A stretch of DNA of 64,000 nt from Mediterranea massiliensis (GCA_015060685.1 SUXZ01000010.1:6514-70513), one strand, 5' to 3'. Numbered from the stretch's first letter, positions 46,342 through 56,887 are shown. Program-made: numbers and translations. Notes: generated by a model from the sequence alone, not told the origin.

Positions 46342-47501
46342 TGATGATTACAACGGATATCAAATACATCGGGGTGGATGACCTCGACCTCGACCTCTTT
46401 GAAAGTCAATATATTGTGCCGAATGGCATTTCGTATAACTCGTACCTGATTGAGGACGAGAAGCTGACCGTGATGGACACGGTGGACTTGCGCAAAAGCG
46501 ACGACTGGTGGCGCAACCTGGAGGAGGCACTGAACGGACGCACACCCAGCTACTTGGTGGTGCAACACATGGAACCCGACCATGCCGGAAACATTGCACG
46601 GATGTTGGAACGTTTCCCGAACATGATTATCGTTGCATCGGACAGGGCCATCAAGATGTTGCCGCAATTCTTCGAAGGAGTGGATTTCGAGGGAAAGACG
46701 ATGGCGGTGAAGGAGGGCGACACGCTTTGCTTGGGCAAGCATACGTTGCAATTTATCATGGCACCAATGGTGCACTGGCCGGAGGTGATGGTGACCTACG
46801 ACCAGACGGACAAGGTGCTCTTCTCGGCCGATGCCTTCGGCAAGTTTGGCGCGTTGGCGCACGACGAGGAGTGGGCTTGCGAAGCGCGCAGATACTACTT
46901 TAACATCTGTGGCAAGTATGGCGCTCAGGTGCAGGCGTTGCTGAAGAAGGTGGCGGCCTTGCCGGTAGAAACCATTTGTCCGCTTCATGGCCCCGTGCTG
47001 AGCGAGGATTTGGGCTACTACATCAGCTTGTACGACACGTGGAGCAAGTACGAGGTGGAGACAGATGGCGTGTTCATTGCCTTTGCTTCGATTCATGGCG
47101 GCACGGCCGAGGCTGCTCGTAAGTTGGCCGATATCTTGCGCGAAAAGGGCGCGAAGAAGGTGTCGGTGGCCGATTTAAGTCGCGACGATATGGCCGAGGC
47201 GGTGGAGGATGCTTTCCGCATGGGACGATTGGTGGTAGCGGCGGCTTCGTATGACGCGAATGTCTTTCCGCCGATGCACGACTTCTTGCACCATTTGCAA
47301 CTGAAGGGGTATCAGAAGCGTCGCGTAGGCGTTGTGGAGAATGGTTCGTGGGCACCGTGTGCCGGACGCATCATGACCGGCATGCTGGAGCAGATGAAGG
47401 ATATCGAGATTGTGCAACCAATGGTTACCATTCGCTCGCGCATGAAGCAGGCGGACATCCCTGCGCTCGAAGCGCTTGCCGAGGCGATGCTTAAGAATTG
47501 A
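46341..47501 (+). CDS. fprA: Flavodiiron protein (metallo-beta-lactamase plus flavodoxin domains)
   Basis: HMEPDH, VHWPE and SADAFG motifs; coupled to rubredoxin by TAATG. Confidence 0.92.
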   Translation: MMITTDIKYIGVDDLDLDLFESQYIVPNGISYNSYLIEDEKLTVMDTVDLRKSDDWWRNLEEALNGRTPSYLVVQHMEPDHAGNIARMLERFPNMIIVASDRAIKMLPQFFEGVDFEGKTMAVKEGDTLCLGKHTLQFIMAPMVHWPEVMVTYDQTDKVLFSADAFGKFGALAHDEEWACEARRYYFNICGKYGAQVQALLKKVAALPVETICPLHGPVLSEDLGYYISLYDTWSKYEVETDGVFIAFASIHGGTAEAARKLADILREKGAKKVSVADLSRDDMAEAVEDAFRMGRLVVAAASYDANVFPPMHDFLHHLQLKGYQKRRVGVVENGSWAPCAGRIMTGMLEQMKDIEIVQPMVTIRSRMKQADIPALEALAEAMLKN

Positions 47502-47514
47502 AAGAATGATGGGG

Positions 47515-47658
47515 TTAGTTATCTTCGTCGGGACAATGCTGCCAGCAGGCACGCAAGTCGTGGATTATCTGCTCTTCCTTGGGGAAGGCCGATTCGTATA
47601 GCTGGCGCACTTCGGCATGCAGGTGATGCGTGTGCTGGTCGATGCTTATCTTCTTCAT
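47515..47658 (-). pseudogene. Probable internally deleted GNAT acetyltransferase remnant (47 aa)
   Basis: MKKISID...RQLYESAFPKEE resembles a GNAT N-terminus and is followed at once by a short tail and stop. An upstream TACCTTTG promoter box is intact. Confidence 0.45.
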
Positions 47659-47793
47659 GATAGGCAAAGGTATGTATTTTCTTCGGATTGTGATGCGATA
47701 GGAAAAAAATTATAAAGTTTTCTACTTTATATTTTGAATAAGTAACCCGAAATGGTATCTTTGCAGTCCATATGAATATATGGTTTTAGCAAT

Positions 47794-49266
47794 ATGAAGA
47801 TAGGTTTTGACAACGAGAAATACCTGAAGATTCAATCGGAACGAATCAAGGAAAGAATCAATCAGTTTGGCGATAAACTTTATTTGGAATTTGGCGGTAA
47901 GTTGTTCGACGACAATCACGCCAGCCGTGTGCTACCCGGTTTTGAACCTGATAGTAAGTTGCAAATGCTGATGCAACTGAGTGATTACGCTGAAATCTTG
48001 TTTGTTATCAGTGCGCTGGATATCGAAAAGAACAAGATTAGAGGCGATTTGGGTATTACCTACGACGAAGATGTGTTGCGCTTGCGAGACGAATTCGAGA
48101 AGGTGGGATTCTACGTCAGCAGCGTGGTGATTACGCACTACAACGGACAATCCAGTGCCGATGCCTATCGCTCACGACTCGAACGCTTGGGAATCAAGGT
48201 GTACTATCATTATACCATCGACGGATATCCACACAACGTGGCGCTGATTGACTCGGACGAGGGCTTCGGCAAGAACGACTTCGTTGAAACTACCCGTCCG
48301 CTCGTTATCGTCACCGCACCGGGCCCCGGTAGCGGAAAGATGGCGGTGTGCTTGAGCCAGCTTTATCACGAACATAAACGCGGCGTCAAGGCAGGATATG
48401 CCAAGTTCGAAACCTTCCCCGTATGGAACCTGCCGCTGAAGCATCCGGTGAACGTGGCATACGAAGCTGCTACGGCCGACCTTAACGATGTGAACATGAT
48501 TGACCCCTTCCACCTGGAGGCTTATGGAAAGATTACCGTAAACTACAATCGCGACATCGAAATCTTCCCCGTGCTGAATGCGCTCTTCGAAGGCATCTAT
48601 GGAGAGAGCCCCTACAAGTCGCCTACCGACATGGGGGTAAACATGATTGGCTTCTGCATGAGCGACGAGGATGTGTGTTGCAATGCCGCACGCGACGAGA
48701 TTATCCGACGTTACTACTATTCGCTTTGCAAGCTGGCGCAAAAGGGTGATGGCGAAAACGAGGTGAACAAGATTTCGCTCCTGATGAAGCAAGCCAAGCT
48801 GACAACCGAATACCGACGCACTACCGTGGCCGCACGCGAGCGGAAAGAGGTGTCGGGCGTTCACTCGGCAGCTATCGAACTATACGACGGCACCATCATC
48901 ACCGCACGCACAAGTTCGTTGTTAGGACCTTCGGCGGCCTTGTTGCTGAATGCAACCAAGCACTTGGCCGGCATTCCCGACGAACTGAAATTGATTCCCG
49001 AATACTTGATTGAACCGATACAAAAAACAAAGGTGACCTATCTGCATGGACACAATCCGCGCTTGCACACCGACGAGGTGCTTGTGGCGCTTTCGCTCTT
49101 GAGCAATCACGACGAGAATTGTCGCAAGGCGTTGGATCAGTTGCCTAAATTGAATGGTTGTCAGGCACACTCTACCGTCATGCTGAGCGAAGTGGATCAA
49201 AAGATTTTCAAAAAGCTTGGCATCGGCATCACTTGCGATCCCGTAAGAAAAGGAAATAAGCATTAA
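47794..49266 (+). CDS. DUF1846 family protein
   Basis: KLYLEFGGKLFDD, TAPGPGSGK, KFETFP and RLHTDEVL. Confidence 0.88.
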   Translation: MKIGFDNEKYLKIQSERIKERINQFGDKLYLEFGGKLFDDNHASRVLPGFEPDSKLQMLMQLSDYAEILFVISALDIEKNKIRGDLGITYDEDVLRLRDEFEKVGFYVSSVVITHYNGQSSADAYRSRLERLGIKVYYHYTIDGYPHNVALIDSDEGFGKNDFVETTRPLVIVTAPGPGSGKMAVCLSQLYHEHKRGVKAGYAKFETFPVWNLPLKHPVNVAYEAATADLNDVNMIDPFHLEAYGKITVNYNRDIEIFPVLNALFEGIYGESPYKSPTDMGVNMIGFCMSDEDVCCNAARDEIIRRYYYSLCKLAQKGDGENEVNKISLLMKQAKLTTEYRRTTVAARERKEVSGVHSAAIELYDGTIITARTSSLLGPSAALLLNATKHLAGIPDELKLIPEYLIEPIQKTKVTYLHGHNPRLHTDEVLVALSLLSNHDENCRKALDQLPKLNGCQAHSTVMLSEVDQKIFKKLGIGITCDPVRKGNKH

Positions 49267-49312
49267 TGTAAAACTCAGCGTGCTGAGTTCTCAAAATAAT
49301 AATGATAAAACT

Positions 49313-50953
49313 ATGAAAAAAGATTTCTTTTGTTTGCTATTGTGCATAATGGCATGTTTGTTTACTGCTTGTGGTGGCGATGACCCCATTGATACTCCAA
49401 TAGATAAACCGGAAACGGAAGAACCCGAAACACCGGTTGTGCCGGAAGAACCCGATGGTCCCGATGAACCGGTGTGGGACGACCAAGGATGGATTACCGC
49501 TACCGAAGCCATTGAAAAGATGGGATTGGGTTGGAATCTTGGCAACACACTCGATGCTTGCGACTTTACAAAGAATTTCGGCGCGGCCGACTGGAGAGCA
49601 TGGGAAACATGCTGGGGACAACCCGTTACATCACCCGAATTGATGCAGATGATAAAGGATGCTGGATTTGGTGCCATGCGCATACCCGTAACCTGGAAAG
49701 GACACTTGGACGCCAACGGAAAGGTGGATGCAACCTGGATGAATCGCGTGAAAGAGGTGGTGGGCTATGTGCTGGATGCAGGCATGTATTGCATCGTGAA
49801 TGTGCATCACGACACCGGTGCCGATGAAAGCGCATGGCTCGTGGCAAGCATGAATAAGTATAACGAAAACAAGGCACTGTACGAAGGCCTCTGGAAGCAG
49901 ATTGCCGAAACCTTTAAGGAGTATGACGAGCGATTGATGTTCGAATCGTACAACGAAATGCTGGACGAACGACGCTCGTGGTGCTTCTCAACCTTTGCCG
50001 GAGGATACGATGCCGCCGAAGCTGCCGATGCCTACAAGGCCATCAATAGCTATGCACAAAGCTTTGTGGATGTGGTACGCGCCACCGGAGGCAATAACGT
50101 AGGACGCAACCTGATAGTAAACACTTACGGCGCTTGCAACGGTGCCGGCACATGGAATCCTCACTTGATTGATCCGCTTGTAGAGATGCAATTACCCGAA
50201 GATGTGGTTGAGAATCACCTCTTGTTCGAAGTGCATACCTATCCGAATATCGACAACTTGAACAGCGCCAAGCAGGAAGTGGCTGGTATGATAACCAATC
50301 TGAAGAAACATCTGGTGGAGAAGGGTGCGCCCGTCATCATCGGCGAGTGGGGAAACAGTAGCGACAATCCGTCGTTGGAGAATAGATTGGCATTCATTAC
50401 CGACTTTGTGAAGCAGGTAAAGGCTGCTGGCATGGGTATGTATTATTGGATGGGATTGAGCGATGCTACCGCCCGACAACTGCCGGCATTCAGTGAGCCG
50501 GAGTGTGCATTGGCTATGTTGAAAGCATATCATGGCGATGCTTACTCGCCCGAATTGCCTACGTTGAACACGGTAGATTTTGCTTATGACGTGACTTACA
50601 ACCAACAATGGGCGGAGGCGAAAGTGTGCAAGGAAAACATCAATCTGAACGATTATAAAGGCATTCGAGTTGAACTTGCCGAAGCACCGAAAAATGGTGT
50701 GCTGAGCATAAAGTGCTATGGCGAAGGTGAGGGTGTGAGCTACAACGTAGCGGTGACCGATGCCGTAACCGAACTGGAGTTTGATGCCGCTAAATTGGGT
50801 GGAAAGGCAACGCGCGTGACGTTGCAATGCATGACTACCCCTACGGTGAAGACAACCATCAAACGTGCCGTATTGATTAGACACGACGGTACAGAAGAGG
50901 TGCAGACGCCCTCTTCTTTCTGGGGATGTGAAGTGATACTTAATCAAACATAA
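49313..50953 (+). CDS. GH5 endoglucanase/xyloglucanase-like lipoprotein
   Basis: Lipobox FTAC, GWNLGNTLD, RIPVTW, FESYNE acid/base and IIGEWG nucleophile. Confidence 0.9.
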   Translation: MKKDFFCLLLCIMACLFTACGGDDPIDTPIDKPETEEPETPVVPEEPDGPDEPVWDDQGWITATEAIEKMGLGWNLGNTLDACDFTKNFGAADWRAWETCWGQPVTSPELMQMIKDAGFGAMRIPVTWKGHLDANGKVDATWMNRVKEVVGYVLDAGMYCIVNVHHDTGADESAWLVASMNKYNENKALYEGLWKQIAETFKEYDERLMFESYNEMLDERRSWCFSTFAGGYDAAEAADAYKAINSYAQSFVDVVRATGGNNVGRNLIVNTYGACNGAGTWNPHLIDPLVEMQLPEDVVENHLLFEVHTYPNIDNLNSAKQEVAGMITNLKKHLVEKGAPVIIGEWGNSSDNPSLENRLAFITDFVKQVKAAGMGMYYWMGLSDATARQLPAFSEPECALAMLKAYHGDAYSPELPTLNTVDFAYDVTYNQQWAEAKVCKENINLNDYKGIRVELAEAPKNGVLSIKCYGEGEGVSYNVAVTDAVTELEFDAAKLGGKATRVTLQCMTTPTVKTTIKRAVLIRHDGTEEVQTPSSFWGCEVILNQT

Positions 50954-52754
50954 CCCCGTTGCCGTCGGTATCGAGGGTTTGAGCTAATTTGTCGATGTTG
51001 AGGCTGCGTGCCGAGGCATCGACAATTTCTTTATATACGCCTCCCTTGCGGTAAAGTTCGTCGGGATGTCCCGATTCTTCCACACGTCCCTCCTTCATGG
51101 CATAAATCACATCGCTATCAATGATTTGCGAAATGCTATGCGAGATGATGATGACCGTGCGGTTGCGCTTGATGGCATCAATACTTGCCTTGATTTGTTC
51201 GGTGGCAATGGCATCGAGCGAAGCGGTAGGCTCGTCCAGGAAGATGATGGGCGGATTCTTTAAGAACATACGCGCAATGGCGATGCGTTGTTGTTGTCCG
51301 CCCGAGAGGAGTTGCGCCTTCGAGTCGAAGCCGTCGGGCAACTTCATTATCTGGTCGTAGATGTATGCTTTGCGTGCCGCCTCTTCCACTTGCTGGCGCG
51401 TGGCATTGGGTTGTCCGTAGCGGATATTCTCTTCGATTGAGCCGTCGAAGATATGGTTCTTTTGTAGCACCATACCGATGTTGTCGCGCAAGAATCGGGT
51501 GTCGTAATCGCGCAAATCCACACCGTCGAGCTTGATTGAGCCGCAATCGGGCTCGTAGAATTTCACTAACAGATTCAACACCGTCGATTTGCCGGCACCC
51601 GACAAACCTACCAAAGCCGTAATCTTTCCGCTTTCTATCTTCATGTCGATGTTGTGAAGTGCTTTCGTGCCGTTGGGGTAGGTGAAATCCACGCCTGCTA
51701 TCTCGAAGTTTCCTTTCACCTCTTTCGGACAATACTTGCCTGTAGGCTCGCGTTCGTCGTCGGCTTCGAGGATGTCGAAGAAGCCTTCGGCATAGATTAG
51801 TGCATCGTTCATCTGGTCGAAGATGCGTTGTAGCTGGGTGATGGGGGCGGTGACGTTGGAGAAGAGCATGACGTGATACATAATCTTACCGATGGTCATG
51901 CCCGGATAGTCTGTCAACACTAAATAGGCCGTGAGGATGATGATGAGCACGGTACCTGTTTGTCGCACAAAACTCTTCATGCCGTCGAAGTAGAACGATG
52001 TCTTGCGCACCAGCATTTGGTTGTCGGTAAACTCGGTTTGCAGCTTCCATTGCTTGTCGCTTTCTATCTCTTCGCGGTTGAACGACTTGATAACGTTGAT
52101 GCTTTCGATGATGTTCATCACTCCATGACTCTTCTGTTCGCGATACGAACGCATATTGCGTCGCCATCCTTGCAAGCGGCGTGCCTGGCGGATGGTTATC
52201 CAGATGTAGATGGGTACGATGGCCAATGCCGTGAGGCCTACGAATACGTTGGCGGCAAACATCAATATCAAGGCCAGTGCCGCACTCATGAAGAGGGGTA
52301 ACAGGTCGATGAAGAAGTTTTGCACCGTGGATGAAAGACTGCTTACACCTTGGTCGATACGTGTCTGTAGCTTGCCCGTTTCGTTGTTGGTGCGTGTAAA
52401 GAATGCCATCCGATAGCGCAACATGTGGTCGATAACCGCTTGCGACAGGTCTTTAGACACGTTGATGCGCATCTTCTCGCCAAAGTAGTGTTGTGCATAG
52501 GTAATGATGGCTGATAGCACCTCTTTTCCAAGCAACACAATGCTGATGACGGTAAGGATATGTGCCGCCTTACTCCAGACAAGCGTGTCGGTGTTGATGA
52601 GCGAATTGATGGCATCTACCGTCTTGTCCAATACCACCGCATTGATTTGGGCGATGAACGAGCCGATAAGTGTAAGTATCAGTGTTAGCACCACTAACCA
52701 GCGGTATGGCTTGACGTAGGGTGCAATTTTTCGGAAAAGGTTTATCAGATTCAT
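50940..52754 (-). CDS. ABC exporter, fused permease and ATP-binding domains
   Basis: TM domain, GLSGAGKST, LSGGQQQRIAIAR and FLDEPT. Confidence 0.93.
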   Translation of the reverse strand: MNLINLFRKIAPYVKPYRWLVVLTLILTLIGSFIAQINAVVLDKTVDAINSLINTDTLVWSKAAHILTVISIVLLGKEVLSAIITYAQHYFGEKMRINVSKDLSQAVIDHMLRYRMAFFTRTNNETGKLQTRIDQGVSSLSSTVQNFFIDLLPLFMSAALALILMFAANVFVGLTALAIVPIYIWITIRQARRLQGWRRNMRSYREQKSHGVMNIIESINVIKSFNREEIESDKQWKLQTEFTDNQMLVRKTSFYFDGMKSFVRQTGTVLIIILTAYLVLTDYPGMTIGKIMYHVMLFSNVTAPITQLQRIFDQMNDALIYAEGFFDILEADDEREPTGKYCPKEVKGNFEIAGVDFTYPNGTKALHNIDMKIESGKITALVGLSGAGKSTVLNLLVKFYEPDCGSIKLDGVDLRDYDTRFLRDNIGMVLQKNHIFDGSIEENIRYGQPNATRQQVEEAARKAYIYDQIMKLPDGFDSKAQLLSGGQQQRIAIARMFLKNPPIIFLDEPTASLDAIATEQIKASIDAIKRNRTVIIISHSISQIIDSDVIYAMKEGRVEESGHPDELYRKGGVYKEIVDASARSLNIDKLAQTLDTDGNGVMFD

Positions 52755-52815
52755 GCTGATGCTAATCTCATGTTTTTTTTGATAGATGATTTATGAATGT
52801 GCTAATCACTAACCG

Positions 52816-53820
52816 CTATTTGCGCTTGCTTTGCAGATATTCCTTGAAGAAACGGCCCGATGTAGTGGGGGTGAAATCCCAATCTTCGATAAGCGTTGGC
52901 GACCAACTGGTGTCGAAGCACCATACGGTGAACGAGATGCCTTTCTTTTCAAAATATTCGGTGATGTGGTGGCCGTAAACATCGGTCGAGATAACCGGGA
53001 TGTGAGCACCCAATTCGTTTTCCAGACAGAAACCTATTTCTGTGCAGATTATAGGATAAGTATCGGCTACATAGCCAAAGTCGGCTTCCCATTGTTCTTC
53101 CCATGGTTGGTCACGCTTCATGGGGTAGGGGTGTGATACATAGGCAATGTTGGGGCGTTCGATGGGTGCGCTGGCTACTGGTGTCAGGTCGTATGCCCAA
53201 TTGAATCCGGCACATAAGCAAACGGCATTGGGGTTATATGTACGTACGGTGTCGATGATTTGCTCTTGTATGCCTTTCCACTCTTCCCAAGTACATTCGC
53301 CGGTATCTTCGCCGGTTACGGTAGGTTCGTTGAATAGTTCGTAAAGAGCTACGGTAGGCTCGTCTTTATAGCGCGTAGCTACGGTGCGCCAAAACTTGAA
53401 AGTCTCTTCCTGGTCGGTGTTATACATGGCGTTAGTGTATTTGGCATCTTTCAAGTTGCCGATAGAGTGCCAATCCATGATGACGTACATGCCATGTTTC
53501 TTTGCCCATTCAATGCCTTGATCCATTGCCTTGAATGTTACGTCCCATCCCATGCGGTTCAGGTTGGTTGGGTGTACGGCAAATCGCACGATGTTTGCAC
53601 CCCAATTAGCTGCTTCGGCAAAGTAACGTTCGTTCCATTGTCCGTCGCCCACCAGCTTCACCGGGTCAGAGAAGCAAAGTCCTCTGAAGATGATTTCTTT
53701 TCCTTGTGGGTCGATAAACTTGTTGCCTTCTACTTTTACCCAACTTTTCGGGGCAGGTTGTGTGTTGCATGCAACCAATGCTGTTGCCATGATGCACATC
53801 ATCCAGAATACTTTTTTCAT
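52816..53820 (-). CDS. GH5 cellulase-family lipoprotein
   Basis: Lipobox LVAC, MDWH, YELFNEP, HPY and CTEIG. Confidence 0.88.
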   Translation of the reverse strand: MKKVFWMMCIMATALVACNTQPAPKSWVKVEGNKFIDPQGKEIIFRGLCFSDPVKLVGDGQWNERYFAEAANWGANIVRFAVHPTNLNRMGWDVTFKAMDQGIEWAKKHGMYVIMDWHSIGNLKDAKYTNAMYNTDQEETFKFWRTVATRYKDEPTVALYELFNEPTVTGEDTGECTWEEWKGIQEQIIDTVRTYNPNAVCLCAGFNWAYDLTPVASAPIERPNIAYVSHPYPMKRDQPWEEQWEADFGYVADTYPIICTEIGFCLENELGAHIPVISTDVYGHHITEYFEKKGISFTVWCFDTSWSPTLIEDWDFTPTTSGRFFKEYLQSKRK

Positions 53821-54013
53821 ACAATTTCAGTTTTAGGAGTGTTGGTATTGATTAATTTGGTTTGTTTTATTTCACAAAAGTAATGCTTTTCTGTAAAATC
53901 AACGGCGAAATGTGAAGATATTCGTTAAAAAGAGCGATTTTTCCGAAAATCTCCGTATATTCGCAAATTAGTACGAATCAAATAAATTGATACACCCTTA
54001 AATAGTTACCATT

Positions 54014-55681
54014 ATGAAACATTTGTTTACATGTCTGTTAGTTAGTATGCTGAGCCTTGTCAGTGTTGCTCAGCCAGTTAGAGAAGCACCTATCAAGAAT
54101 CCTATGCTATGGGCCGATTGCCCCGACCCCGATGTTATCCGTGTGGGCGATACATTCTATCTTGTCAGCACTACTATGCACTTGATGCCTGGTGCGCCCG
54201 TGATGGCTTCCAAGGATTTGAAGAATTGGGAAACGGTAGGTTATATTTTCGATAAGTTGACCGACTCGCCTAAGTATGATTTGGCATTCTCGTTGCCGCT
54301 CGACCAGCAGAAGGGCGAAGGCGTAGGTACCGTGTATGGCCGCGGACAATGGGCCACTTCGTTGAAGTATCACAAAGGTAAGTTCTGGGCGTTGCTTGCA
54401 CCGAACGAACACGGCGCAATGGGCGATACCTATATCTTTACCGCACCGAAAGCTGAAGGCCCTTGGACAATCCACTCACGCTTGCGCCACTTCCACGATG
54501 CAACACTCTTCTTCGATGATGACGACACTCCTTACATCTTCTTCGGAACAGGCGAGATGTGTCAGTTGACACCCGATTTGAAGGGCGTTGTAGAAGGTAG
54601 CTTGCGTCACTACTTCAAGCGCGAAGAGGACGAACGCGGCTTGCTGGAAGGTACTCGCGTCATCAAGCATCAAGGCACCTATTACGCCATGCTCATCAGC
54701 CAGTCGTATGGTGCAGGCTTGAATCGTCGTGAGGTGTGCTACCGTACAAAAGACTTGAACGGCAAGTGGGAGAAGAACGTTATCCTTGAAAGCCCATTCG
54801 GCGGATTCAGCTACCTGGCACAAGGCACCATCGTCGATACGCAAGAAGGCGATTGGTATGGCATCATGTTCCAAGACCGTGGTGGCGTAGGCCGCGTGCT
54901 TACCCTTTCTCCTGTCCGTTGGATTGACGGCTGGCCGATGTTGGGCGATGAATATTATAAGGTGCCCGATGTTGTTCGTCCTTACAAGAGCGGACAACCC
55001 GAAAAGCATATTGTATTGGCCGATGAGTTTGATGGCGACAAGCTTGGCTTGCATTGGCAATGGAATCATAATCCCGTAGATAAGGCATGGAGCTTGAGCG
55101 AACGTCCGGGCTACTTGCGTTTGAAGACAAGCCGCGTAGTGCCTAATCTCTACTTGGCACCTAACACGCTGACACAACGCATGGAAGGCCCTGTATGTAG
55201 CGGATACATCTGCATGGATTTGTCGAAGATGAAGGATGGCGATTGTGCCGGCTTGAGCGCATTCAATGGCGATAGCGGCGTGCTCACCGTGAAGAAGATT
55301 GGACGCAAGCTGGTGCTTGAAATGAGCGAGCAGAATGTCACCTTGACCGAACGCGAAAAGGCCGTGACCAACGTAGCCGAAAAAATGGTAGAAGGTGTTG
55401 ATATAACCAAACTTGTCGATAAGAAACAACCGAAGATCTGGTTGCGTCTCGATGGCGATTTCCGTCCCAACGGTCGTCGTGGTGGATACGATGCCGCCAA
55501 CTTCTACTATAGTGTGGATGGCGAACAATGGACACAAATCGGTACAAAGGATTATCGCATGATTTTCGATTACCGTCGTTTCTTCATGGGCACTAAGTTC
55601 GGTATATTCAACTATGCGACCAAGAAAACCGGCGGCTACGTCGATGTAGAATACTTCAAATACAATTGCGAAGAGAAGTAA
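54014..55681 (+). CDS. GH43 beta-xylosidase/arabinosidase with a C-terminal ConA-like domain
   Basis: DCPDPDVIRV, HDATLFFDDD, LLEGT and WQWNHNP. Confidence 0.9.
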   Translation: MKHLFTCLLVSMLSLVSVAQPVREAPIKNPMLWADCPDPDVIRVGDTFYLVSTTMHLMPGAPVMASKDLKNWETVGYIFDKLTDSPKYDLAFSLPLDQQKGEGVGTVYGRGQWATSLKYHKGKFWALLAPNEHGAMGDTYIFTAPKAEGPWTIHSRLRHFHDATLFFDDDDTPYIFFGTGEMCQLTPDLKGVVEGSLRHYFKREEDERGLLEGTRVIKHQGTYYAMLISQSYGAGLNRREVCYRTKDLNGKWEKNVILESPFGGFSYLAQGTIVDTQEGDWYGIMFQDRGGVGRVLTLSPVRWIDGWPMLGDEYYKVPDVVRPYKSGQPEKHIVLADEFDGDKLGLHWQWNHNPVDKAWSLSERPGYLRLKTSRVVPNLYLAPNTLTQRMEGPVCSGYICMDLSKMKDGDCAGLSAFNGDSGVLTVKKIGRKLVLEMSEQNVTLTEREKAVTNVAEKMVEGVDITKLVDKKQPKIWLRLDGDFRPNGRRGGYDAANFYYSVDGEQWTQIGTKDYRMIFDYRRFFMGTKFGIFNYATKKTGGYVDVEYFKYNCEEK

Positions 55682-55705
55682 TAACGTAACGTGATAAAAC
55701 AATAA

Positions 55706-55749
55706 AGAGGGCATGCCGGAATAACCGTTTTGGCATGCCCTCTCTTTTT
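55706..55749 (+). terminator. Terminator after GH43
   Basis: AGAGGGCATGCC/GGCATGCCCTCT plus a T tract. Confidence 0.75.
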
Positions 55750-55810
55750 TCATAGATGTTTCTTGTATTTATCCTAAGGTAATGCTATCTTTGTCATGGT
55801 TTGTTTGCAC

Positions 55811-55920
55811 GGCTCACGGCCGTGGTCTGAACGGCTCACGTCCGTGAGCCAAATCGCTCACATCTGTGAGCTGAACCGCCAACCTGTGTGAGCCAAATCG
55901 CTCACGGCCGTGAGCCGCAT
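55811..55920. repeat. Five 22-bp palindromic tandem units (GCTCAC-N4-GTGAGC)
   Basis: Units start at 55811, 55833, 55855, 55877 and 55899. Confidence 0.9.
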
Positions 55921-55979
55921 GAACAAGCCTACATAGAGATAGGAAACATCTTAGATAGTACTATAAAACATTATACACT

Positions 55980-56588
55980 ATGGCAATAAACTACGATTGG
56001 TATCAGAATCCAAAAACATCAAAACAACAAGAGGATGAAATAACCCTTCATCCACGTATTCATTACAATGGTTCAACCACTACGGCAGAGATGCGCCGTT
56101 ACATTCAAGAAGCATCCTCGCTGACCGAAGGCGATGTAGATGCCGTATTGTCGGCCTTGTCGCATTATGTCAGTCAGGAAATGGGCAATGGCAGTTCGGT
56201 ACACCTCAATGGAATCGGTTACTTTACGCCAGTTTTAGGCACCACGGAAAGGGTTACTTCTGCAACGAAAAGTAAACACTTGAAAGTGAAGCTGAAGAGT
56301 ATTCATTTCCGTCCCGACAAAGCTTTTCTTCGTCGCATGGGCGGTATTCAGATTCATTGCATCAAGCTGAACGACCCGATGGCAAAGCGCCTGACCGATG
56401 ACGAGATAGAACAAAAAGTGTGCTCCTATCTGCAAAAGCATGGCTATATACAACGTCGCGATTTGGAATCGCTCTGTTCGCTTTCCATCTCCACCGCCAA
56501 GCGTCACTTGAATCGCCTTTGCAAAGCCGGTGTCCTTGTAAACCGCGGCATGCGCAACCAACCGCTATATTATTTGAAGGAGGAGTAA
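55980..56588 (+). CDS. HU/IHF-like DNA-binding protein with a C-terminal HTH
   Basis: SSLTEGDV, VHLNGIGYF and FRPDK HU-like core; ISTAKRHLNRLCKAG winged HTH. Confidence 0.85.
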   Translation: MAINYDWYQNPKTSKQQEDEITLHPRIHYNGSTTTAEMRRYIQEASSLTEGDVDAVLSALSHYVSQEMGNGSSVHLNGIGYFTPVLGTTERVTSATKSKHLKVKLKSIHFRPDKAFLRRMGGIQIHCIKLNDPMAKRLTDDEIEQKVCSYLQKHGYIQRRDLESLCSLSISTAKRHLNRLCKAGVLVNRGMRNQPLYYLKEE

Positions 56589-56593
56589 AGTTT

Positions 56594-56749
56594 ATGGAAA
56601 AAGAAAAAATGTTGTACGAGCATTACGATGAAAAAGCAAAACGTGCAGATTGGAAAGAATCCTTTGCCAACTATGCAAAAGAAGGGGAAGACGAAATGAT
56701 GTTACCGGATTGCGTGGATAGCGAAGCGGATGAGTTGATGGATAACTAA
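56594..56749 (+). CDS. 51-aa acidic protein resembling the C-terminal half of AbrB/MazE antitoxins
   Basis: RADWKESFANYAKEGEDEMMLPD. Confidence 0.4.
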   Translation: MEKEKMLYEHYDEKAKRADWKESFANYAKEGEDEMMLPDCVDSEADELMDN

Positions 56750-56887
56750 AACTTTTTATGTTTTAGATGCTTGAATTTTACAAATAGTGACCTTTGTTGT
56801 GCAGAGAAAGAAAAATAACGAGATGGAGATTGTTATGTTTATAAAATATACTATCTTTGTGCAAACTAAATCTAATATTATTTTCTT

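Noticed and set aside
54476-55753. 425-aa ORF on the - strand
   Set aside because: It is an antisense shadow of the GH43 gene.
55811-55920. Possible CRISPR array
   Set aside because: The period is only 22 bp with no unique 25-40 bp spacers, and there are no cas genes in the window.
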